From: a virus
Lineage: Duplodnaviria; Caudoviricetes
Virus record (IMG/VR): IMGVR_UViG_3300038393_001965
Span: 1-63,997 of that record
Reading direction: 5' to 3' (one strand)
Length of the DNA stretch: 63,997 bases
Shown: positions 57,399 through 63,997 of the stretch, piece after piece
How the letters are laid out: each line of letters opens with the position of its first letter
Numbering within the stretch: the stretch's first letter is position 1
Made by a program: the position numbers and the translations under genes
Notes under the pieces: generated by a model
Databases searched by the model: none
What the model saw: only the letters and a program-made list of their open reading frames with translations
Told to the model about the DNA's origin: nothing

Positions 57399-57703
57399 TG
57401 GATGGCTACCAGATCGGCGGCCTCGTCGCCTGCATCGACGAAAATTGGCAGTACAACATGCCAGGGCAAAACCCCGTCGGGGTAACGATGCCCCGGAGAG
57501 GCAAGGTCTATAGAATCCGGTCCAGGGTATTCCTTTCGTCCGACTTATTCCTCCGCTTCGATGAGATCTACAATCCGCTGCAGCCGAGCCCTAGCGGACC
57601 GTTTGAACCTGTCTTCGACGCCCGTTCGTTCTTGCCGCTCGATCCGAAACGGTTGGACATCTTCCGCCGGCAACTCGCACCAGTTGATCGGGTGCCAGCA
57701 TGA
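57398..57703 (+). CDS. Hypothetical protein
   Basis: Coupled ORF. Confidence 0.65.
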   Translation: MDGYQIGGLVACIDENWQYNMPGQNPVGVTMPRRGKVYRIRSRVFLSSDLFLRFDEIYNPLQPSPSGPFEPVFDARSFLPLDPKRLDIFRRQLAPVDRVPA

Positions 57704-58089
57704 CGACGCGCCCAAGGATCAGTCGGTATCGTGGCAACCATTCGCTGAGCTGGGCGGTGGCGATCGCCGGATTGATCGCTGCTCTCGCCTTCGTAATCTT
57801 CATGCTCTGCGGTGGTCTCGCCCATGCCCATGACGCGAAGCCGACCACCGTGCTCCCGCAGGGTTGGAGCTATCCGTTCGCCTGTTGCGCCAACTACGAC
57901 TGCCGGTCTGCGCAGCCAGGCGAGGTCAAAGAGGAGCGCGACGGCTACCACACACCGGGCGACGTCGTCCCATACGGCGACAAGCGGGTGAAGGACAGCC
58001 CGGACGGTGAGTTCCATTGGTGCGCCCATCAAGCCGGGCTCGACGCCGGCAAGACGATCTGTCTCTTCGCACCAGGACGGGGGTCGTGA
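57700..58089 (+). CDS. Exported Cys-rich protein
   Basis: TM/signal, AHAHD, GWSYP.ACC..YDC, SPDGEFHWC, ICLF. Confidence 0.7.
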   Translation: MTTRPRISRYRGNHSLSWAVAIAGLIAALAFVIFMLCGGLAHAHDAKPTTVLPQGWSYPFACCANYDCRSAQPGEVKEERDGYHTPGDVVPYGDKRVKDSPDGEFHWCAHQAGLDAGKTICLFAPGRGS

Positions 58090-58346
58090 TGGACGTCCAA
58101 TACGCTCCACGTCGACAAGTCCGCGCCTGGCTGCAGGCGGGCTGGCGCCTCGTTCCAGGTCACGAATACAGCCCGGATGACTACGCCATCATGATGGTGC
58201 GACCGGAAATCGAGACCGCCGTGACGGCGAAGTGGATCAACACGGTCGCCAAGAGGTTCGAGACGGAACCTCAGCATCGCTCTAACCGCAGCACGGGCGC
58301 GACGAGCCGGAATCGCGTGCGCTACGGCAGCGTGGAAAGGGCATGA
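58089..58346 (+). CDS. Hypothetical protein
   Basis: Coupled ORF. Confidence 0.6.
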   Translation: MDVQYAPRRQVRAWLQAGWRLVPGHEYSPDDYAIMMVRPEIETAVTAKWINTVAKRFETEPQHRSNRSTGATSRNRVRYGSVERA

Positions 58347-59074
58347 TGCGCGTTCTCGTCTGCTCCCCCAACCCGACGGTATCGATCAACCTTGAGGCTG
58401 TGCTTATCGCGGTCGACATCCAATGCGACGTCGAGGCGTCGGCGCAGGAGTTCGGATCGCTCCTGTTCCGAGATCCCGATGCCATAGGCGTCTTCCTGGC
58501 CTTGGGACCTGAGAGCGCTGCAAAGATGTGCCGCGATCTTCGGATGGGCGACGTCCGCAATCCGCTATTCGCTCTGATCGACGAGCAATCCGTGATCCAT
58601 GGCGCCACCGGCCGCGCGATCGCTCTGAACGCCGGCGCCGACGACGTTCAGCCATGGCCGATCAAGGGCGTCGAACTGGTATCGAGGCTGTTTGCGTTGC
58701 AGAGGCGCCAGCGCGACGGCAATCCTGCCCTCATTCAACTGCCCGGCTGCGTTCTCAGGCCGTCCACCGGCGAGCTGATCGGCGATGCCGCCCGTATCCA
58801 TCTCACTTCGCAGGAAGCGCTTCTTCTCGCCACGTTGGCGTCGCGGCCTGGCGCCGTGCTGTCGAAAGCGATGTGCATGTTAGCGCTCTACAACGGGCGC
58901 GATGAGCCGGGGCTCAAGATCATCGACGTCTTCGTCTGCAAGCTTCGCAAGAAGATAGCGGCGGCGACTGGTGGGCTCGACGTCATCGAAACGGTCTGGG
59001 GTCAAGGATTCCGGTTCAACCCGGATGGTTACGAGCCGTCATTCAGCCCATATGGTCAGCGGGTGCCGGGATGA
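58343..59074 (+). CDS. CtrA-like response regulator with degenerate receiver domain
   Basis: HLT..E..LL..L..R.G...K...LY.G.DEPGLKIIDVFVCKLRKK...IETVWGQG matches the CtrA DNA-binding domain. Confidence 0.85.
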   Translation: MMRVLVCSPNPTVSINLEAVLIAVDIQCDVEASAQEFGSLLFRDPDAIGVFLALGPESAAKMCRDLRMGDVRNPLFALIDEQSVIHGATGRAIALNAGADDVQPWPIKGVELVSRLFALQRRQRDGNPALIQLPGCVLRPSTGELIGDAARIHLTSQEALLLATLASRPGAVLSKAMCMLALYNGRDEPGLKIIDVFVCKLRKKIAAATGGLDVIETVWGQGFRFNPDGYEPSFSPYGQRVPG

Positions 59075-59538
59075 GGGAGATCCGGGACATCCTCGCGGAA
59101 TGCCTTCGCCGCGAGCGCTACGGCCTTATCAGGCCGCTTTGGGCGGACGTTGATCACGACGCCCGGGAGGAAGTGCGCCGGCGCGCCGACCATCTCATCC
59201 GCATCCTCGCCGACTACGGTGTTCGTTTCGACCAGGTGGGAGAACCAACGCCGATCGCCACGCCGACGTCGACGACGATCATCGCCAACCAGGTCGTTGG
59301 TGCGCCCGATACGATGCGCGAGGTCCGCGTCGAGAAGCGCGGCTTCTCGATCGTCGCCGTCAAGGCCGGCGATACCGCGGTCGAGCAAACCTTCACGCTC
59401 AACGAGGTGATGCTCAACGCTGGCCTCGTCCTCGCCGACGATCCCGCCGCGAAAACGATCAAAGGCCTCGGCAAGCAGCTCGCCGCGGCATGTGAGGTCT
59501 ACCGTCTCAACGCCGCTGGGCTCGGAGGCGGCAAATGA
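59071..59538 (+). CDS. Hypothetical protein
   Basis: Coupled ORF. Confidence 0.65.
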   Translation: MREIRDILAECLRRERYGLIRPLWADVDHDAREEVRRRADHLIRILADYGVRFDQVGEPTPIATPTSTTIIANQVVGAPDTMREVRVEKRGFSIVAVKAGDTAVEQTFTLNEVMLNAGLVLADDPAAKTIKGLGKQLAAACEVYRLNAAGLGGGK

Positions 59539-59738
59539 CCGGACCGCTTTCCACGGCATCGCGCGCGCTCGAGGAGATGGTCGACGTCACCGCTGACTGG
59601 TCGGTCGAGCTGCTACGGCGCGCCGCAGCCTCGATGAGCAGTGCGCTTGACCACGCCGCGATGCGCGACGTCGAGGGCGCCGCGGAATGGCGAAACCCCG
59701 CAACAAAGGAGCGTCGCTATGCAACAGCTCATTCGTGA
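59535..59738 (+). CDS. Hypothetical protein
   Basis: GGAGG RBS, coupled. Confidence 0.55.
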   Translation: MTGPLSTASRALEEMVDVTADWSVELLRRAAASMSSALDHAAMRDVEGAAEWRNPATKERRYATAHS

Positions 59739-61671
59739 GGCCGGTGAGCGGCCGATCGACCGCAGATTTGGCATCTCATTCCCGAAACCGGAAGCCATGG
59801 CGAAGCTTTCGCCGGCCGACCAGAAGGTCGCCGCCCTACTTGCGCAGGAAGCCGGCGTGCCATCACCGGTGCGCATCGAGGAAGATGAGCCGGGCGAGCG
59901 CGAACCTCGCGCCACGATCCTCCCTATCGAGACCTCGGCGCCGGCGCGGCCGATCACTGACAACGACGTGCACATCGGCGCCACCGGCAAAGGCGAGCCA
60001 GTTGGGATCGATTTGGCAAAGCTGATCGACGGCCGCCTTTTGATTCAGGGCAACAGCGGCGCTGGCAAGTCGATGTTGCTCCGCCGTCTGTTCGAGAAGG
60101 CTTTCGGCCGTGTCCAACAGCTGCTCATCGATCCCGATGGCGAGTTCTCCACGCTGAAGGAGCACTTCGATGTAGCGGTGCTGACCGCCGCCGATATTAG
60201 CAGGATCGGCGGCAACACCTTCGCGCATCATCTGCGCGAGCATCGCTACAGCGCGGTACTCGACCTCTCCGACGCGACATCCGAGGAGCGCCTCGATATC
60301 GTTGCCGATCTAGCCGAGGGCTTGCTTTCCGCATCGGAGCAGTTCTGGCATCCGTTGCTCGTCCTGGTGGACGAGGCCCAAACCCTGGCGCCGCACTACG
60401 ACACCGGCGATGTCGCCGCCGACACCAGGAAGCGGTCGACGGCAATGCTTGCCGACATGATGGGTCGCGGCCGAAAGCGCGGAATCGCCGGCGTCATCGC
60501 GACGCAGCGCATCGCTGAGACCGCCAAGGCTGTCGTCTCCAAGGCGACCAACATTGTCGTCGGCCGCACCATCTTCGATCGTGATCTCGAACGCGCCGGA
60601 GCTCTGCTCGGCTTCACGCTTGGCCACAGCCGCGCGCTGCGTACACTTGCCGACGGTGAATTCCTTGCCATCGGGCCCGCCATCGCCGGCCATCGGCGCA
60701 TCCGATTCAAGGCTGGCACCGTATTGTCACGGCACAAGGGCCGCGCCCCGGAGATTGTGGCGCCGCCGTCGATATCGGCGGCCGATGCTGTGGCGCTGCT
60801 GCAGACGGTCCCGGATACCGCCGGCTCTACGCCGCCGACATCCGAGCCGGATACAAACACCAACCATCGGCGCGGTTGGAGCGCGTCAGATGATGCGATT
60901 GTGCGGGAAGGCTTCGCAAAGGGGCTGAAGCTGACCGAAATCGCGGCGTCGCTGATCAAGAACGGCGGAGCCGCCCGTTCGCTCGGAGCGATCTCGGTCA
61001 GAGGTCAGACACTCGGCATCAAGAATACCCGAACCGTCGGCGGCTGGACGGACGAAGAATATCAGTTCGTCCTCGACGGGTATGAGGCCGGTGCAGCAAT
61101 CGCCGATATCCGCAAGTCGCTCACGGCCGCCGGATACGATCGTTCCTTTGGCGCCATCCAGATGGCGGCGATCAAGCTCGGGGTAAGCGGGTCGCGGGTC
61201 AATCTCTGGACCGAGGAAGAGACGCGCATCGCGCTGGCCGCTCTAGCGGCCGGCAGATCGCACGCGGAATGCCTCATCGAGCTGAAGGCCGCCGGCTACA
61301 TTCGCGGGCCGACTGCCATGCATAAATTTGCGACCAAGCACGGCGTCTTACGCAAGCATCGCGAAATCACGGACGATGAAACCAAGCTCATTCGCGCGAT
61401 GTTTGGTGAAGGCAAAACCCACGGCGAGATCGCGGCCAGGCTCGGCCGAACACATTCGTCGATAGCCAGCCAGTGCTCCAAGATGGGACTCAAGCATCGG
61501 CGCCCATGGACCGAGGCAGAATGCCAAATCCTCATCGACTACCAGGCCACCGGGAAGAAGCTGAAGGAGGCCGCCGAAAAGATCGGCCGTCCCTACGCCA
61601 ACGTCGCCGCTGAGTGCGGTCGATTGGGCCTCTCCTTCCTGAAACCGAAAACCGAAAGGACACCGACATGA
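59719..61671 (+). CDS. HerA/FtsK-like ATPase fused to five HTH/Myb-like repeats
   Basis: GNSGAGKS, LVDEAQ, GRGRKRG, ATQR; repeats WSASDD, WTDEE, WTEEE, ITDDE, WTEAE. Confidence 0.85.
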   Translation: MQQLIREAGERPIDRRFGISFPKPEAMAKLSPADQKVAALLAQEAGVPSPVRIEEDEPGEREPRATILPIETSAPARPITDNDVHIGATGKGEPVGIDLAKLIDGRLLIQGNSGAGKSMLLRRLFEKAFGRVQQLLIDPDGEFSTLKEHFDVAVLTAADISRIGGNTFAHHLREHRYSAVLDLSDATSEERLDIVADLAEGLLSASEQFWHPLLVLVDEAQTLAPHYDTGDVAADTRKRSTAMLADMMGRGRKRGIAGVIATQRIAETAKAVVSKATNIVVGRTIFDRDLERAGALLGFTLGHSRALRTLADGEFLAIGPAIAGHRRIRFKAGTVLSRHKGRAPEIVAPPSISAADAVALLQTVPDTAGSTPPTSEPDTNTNHRRGWSASDDAIVREGFAKGLKLTEIAASLIKNGGAARSLGAISVRGQTLGIKNTRTVGGWTDEEYQFVLDGYEAGAAIADIRKSLTAAGYDRSFGAIQMAAIKLGVSGSRVNLWTEEETRIALAALAAGRSHAECLIELKAAGYIRGPTAMHKFATKHGVLRKHREITDDETKLIRAMFGEGKTHGEIAARLGRTHSSIASQCSKMGLKHRRPWTEAECQILIDYQATGKKLKEAAEKIGRPYANVAAECGRLGLSFLKPKTERTPT

Positions 61672-63401
61672 CCTTGCAGACAAGAACGGTCGCGCTCGCC
61701 GACCTGGAACTCGACGACGACATCAACGCTCGTCGTCATCGCACCGACGAGGGCATCGAGGAATTGAAGGCGTCGATTCAATCCCACGGACTGGCGCAAT
61801 CGCTCCGTGTCAGACTGTCCGAGCGCGCCGGCCGGTTCCGCATCGTTGCAGGCAGCCGTCGCTTCCGTGTCCTCTGCGAACTGGCTACGACCGGCGGTGC
61901 CGTTGCCGGCGTTCCGGTCACCGACGAATTCCCGGTCCCCTGCATCATCGGGTACGAAGACGACGATCAGACCGCCCGCGAGCTAAGCCAGGCCGAAAAC
62001 CTGATCCGGCTGCCGCAGCATGAGGCCGACACCTACGAGACCTTCCGGGATCTCGCCGATCGCGGTCTCGATGAAGGCCAGATCGCGGCGCGGTTCGGCA
62101 TCGACCCGAAGCGCGTCAAGCGGATGCTGGCGCTGGGCAGGCTGTCGCCCGTGATCCTGGATGCCTGGAGGGAGGGCTGGTTCAAGGATCGCGCCATCGA
62201 AACGGTACGAGCCTTCACGCTGGCATCGTCGATCGCCGAGCAGGAACGCGTCTTCGCGCTGGCCAAGAAGTCCGGCGGCGCGCAGCCGTGGTGGATCAAG
62301 GAACAGTTCGGCGCCGGCGACCGCAACGTTGCCAAGCTTATCAAGTTCGTCGGTGTCGACGCCTATGTGGCGGCGGGCGGCATCGTGGTCGAAGATCTGT
62401 TCGATGAGGATCATGCCGTCTCTGACCCGGCTCTCGCGGCGAAGCTTGCCAACGAGAAACTGCAAGCGAAGGCGGATGAGCTTTATGCCGACGGCTGGTC
62501 GTGGGCTACGACCGCCGATCAGATGCCTCACGGCTGGGACTGGTCATGGCAGAAACTGCCGGTATCGAAAAAGAAGGCCACGAAGGCCGACAAGTTGAAG
62601 TCCGGGGCCGTGGTCGGGCTGAAATACGACGGCGCTATGGAAATCACCTATGGGGTTCTGAAGCCGGCCGCCGTGGAAAAGCGACAGGCAGAAAAGGCCA
62701 CCGGATCGAAGGAGAAGGCGGCGCCAACAATCTCCAACGCGCTGCATCAACGGCTGAGCGGACAGGCCACGCTGGCTGTGCGGCAGGCGCTCCAGCAGGA
62801 ACCTCGCGTCGGTCTCGTCGCGCTGCTCGCCGGCTTCATGACGCATCGGCGCATGCACGCCGACAGCCCGGTGCGCGTCTATCACGAGGGTTTCGCCAAA
62901 GCCTACGGCGAGGACAAAGAGAAATTCGCCAGCGTCTTTGCCCGCCTGTCCGACATGACGGATGCCGAGCTGTTTCAGGTCGCCGCCGGCTGCGCCGCCG
63001 AAGCCGTTCATATGGAGCGGACACACAATGGCAGGCTGCCATTCGACGCCGATGCGGCACCCCTCGCCGCGACGATCGCGCCTAATCTGCTGACAGCGGC
63101 GTTGCGCGAGACCTTCGATGCAGCCGACTACTTTGGTGGCGCCTCGAAGCCTTTCGTCGTTCAAGCCATCCGCGAAGCCCTCAACGATGACGAGGCCCGC
63201 AAGGCGGAGAAGATGAAGAAGGCCGAGTTGACCGCCTTCGCGCTCGCCAACGTGCCAGCGACCGGCTGGCTGCCGCCGGAACTGCGCGCGCCGACCTACA
63301 GCGGGCCCGGCGCGATCCCAGTGCTGGCCGAGGCGCCACCAACCGAGCCCGACGATGCCGATCTCGTCGACGAGGACGAAGACGAGATGGAGGACGCCTG
63401 A
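61668..63401 (+). CDS. Long ParB/RepB/Spo0J-family protein
   Basis: ELKASI..HGLAQSL.V; IVAGSRR; ENLIR; HTH IAARFG; YVAAGG....DLF. Confidence 0.9.
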   Translation: MTLQTRTVALADLELDDDINARRHRTDEGIEELKASIQSHGLAQSLRVRLSERAGRFRIVAGSRRFRVLCELATTGGAVAGVPVTDEFPVPCIIGYEDDDQTARELSQAENLIRLPQHEADTYETFRDLADRGLDEGQIAARFGIDPKRVKRMLALGRLSPVILDAWREGWFKDRAIETVRAFTLASSIAEQERVFALAKKSGGAQPWWIKEQFGAGDRNVAKLIKFVGVDAYVAAGGIVVEDLFDEDHAVSDPALAAKLANEKLQAKADELYADGWSWATTADQMPHGWDWSWQKLPVSKKKATKADKLKSGAVVGLKYDGAMEITYGVLKPAAVEKRQAEKATGSKEKAAPTISNALHQRLSGQATLAVRQALQQEPRVGLVALLAGFMTHRRMHADSPVRVYHEGFAKAYGEDKEKFASVFARLSDMTDAELFQVAAGCAAEAVHMERTHNGRLPFDADAAPLAATIAPNLLTAALRETFDAADYFGGASKPFVVQAIREALNDDEARKAEKMKKAELTAFALANVPATGWLPPELRAPTYSGPGAIPVLAEAPPTEPDDADLVDEDEDEMEDA

Positions 63402-63445
63402 TCGCAGCCTAGCCGGTAACGCACACCACAGGAGTTTGAGGAACG

Positions 63446-63826
63446 ATGTTTAGCATACTAGACCCCCACGACGGCCCCGTAATCGTCGGCCTTGAGAAGT
63501 TCGAAACGGTCTATGCCAAAGACCAGCCGCAGTACCGACCACTTCGGACGTTGCCGGCCAGAAATGGCGATAGCGCGATCAGCCGTTTCCACTTCACCGC
63601 TGCGCAGAGGCAAGCCATCGCCGAGGGTGCCGATCTTTATCTGGAATTGCTTCACTTCCGCGGCCCTCTTGCGCCGAGCCTGATCATGGTCATGAGCGAG
63701 CCCGCCGACACGCACAATTTTCGTTCGTGGTGGAGGGCGCAGACCAGCGCCCCGTACCAATTGGATGCTGTGCCGCCTCCCTCTGATCCTGGTCGCCCCG
63801 TCCCCGAACACGGATCGGGGCCGTGA
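63446..63826 (+). CDS. Hypothetical protein
   Basis: GAGGA RBS; YAKDQPQYRPL. Confidence 0.7.
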   Translation: MFSILDPHDGPVIVGLEKFETVYAKDQPQYRPLRTLPARNGDSAISRFHFTAAQRQAIAEGADLYLELLHFRGPLAPSLIMVMSEPADTHNFRSWWRAQTSAPYQLDAVPPPSDPGRPVPEHGSGP

Positions 63827-63833
63827 ACGCTGC

Positions 63834-63997
63834 ATGATCCTCAATTTCAGCAATGAGATCGACGAAGCGCTGGCGGCGATCGGCGTCACCGGCCTCGATT
63901 CGAAGCAGACCATGGCCCTCGCCATGGTCTTCGCCAAGGTGCTCGATCGCGGCATGGGCGCCGAACGCAGGCGCTGCCTCGATATCGTCGCCAGGAA
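63834..63997 (+). CDS. Hypothetical protein, truncated by window end
   Basis: MILNFSNEIDEAL...AERRRCLDIVAR, open to the end. Confidence 0.55.
   Translation, partial: MILNFSNEIDEALAAIGVTGLDSKQTMALAMVFAKVLDRGMGAERRRCLDIVAR

Larger units (their letters stand above)
1..63997. mobile_element. Temperate siphovirus genome, near-complete, circular/excised form
   Basis: All modules present (packaging, head, tail, lysis, int/attP, cI/cro, replication); no flanking host housekeeping DNA; attP is internal. Confidence 0.95.

Noticed and set aside
59719-60750. Sir2-HerA or NurA-HerA defence/repair system
   Set aside because: No adjacent Sir2, NurA or nuclease partner; the gene lies in the early lytic operon

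Overview
The window is an essentially complete, circularly permuted genome of a high-GC temperate siphovirus of an Alphaproteobacterium, probably Rhizobiales (Mesorhizobium-like; host is inferred). It is in excised form, because an intact attP (3' part of tRNA-Asp-GTC, 40363-40411) lies beside a divergent tyrosine integrase and both window ends fall in the same rightward early operon. Gene order: primase-helicase with two iteron clusters; HNH, cos-like region and terminases; HK97 portal, collagen, ClpP and capsid; a three-gene glycan-modification cassette; neck, tail and GTA-type baseplate; reverse-strand accessory genes (two Flp pilins, a PAP2 enzyme); lysis; ATP ligase; attP/int/xis; the leftward early operon (SSB, ExoX, ACP, recombinase, YqaJ); a cI/cro switch with six 18-bp operators; the rightward early operon (GcrA, GapR-like, RuvC-like, CtrA-like pseudo-receiver, HerA fused to HTH repeats, ParB). 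Best candidates for undescribed biology: (1) a cell-cycle/pilus takeover set (non-phosphorylatable CtrA mimic, GcrA, GapR-like, and twin Flp pilins behind a CtrA-like box); (2) a ~173-nt tRNA-framed structured RNA, with a candidate promoter, hidden antisense in the baseplate operon; (3) a putative virion-glycosylation cassette in the head operon near a 79-triplet collagen. All family calls are by-eye motif recognition; no searches were run.
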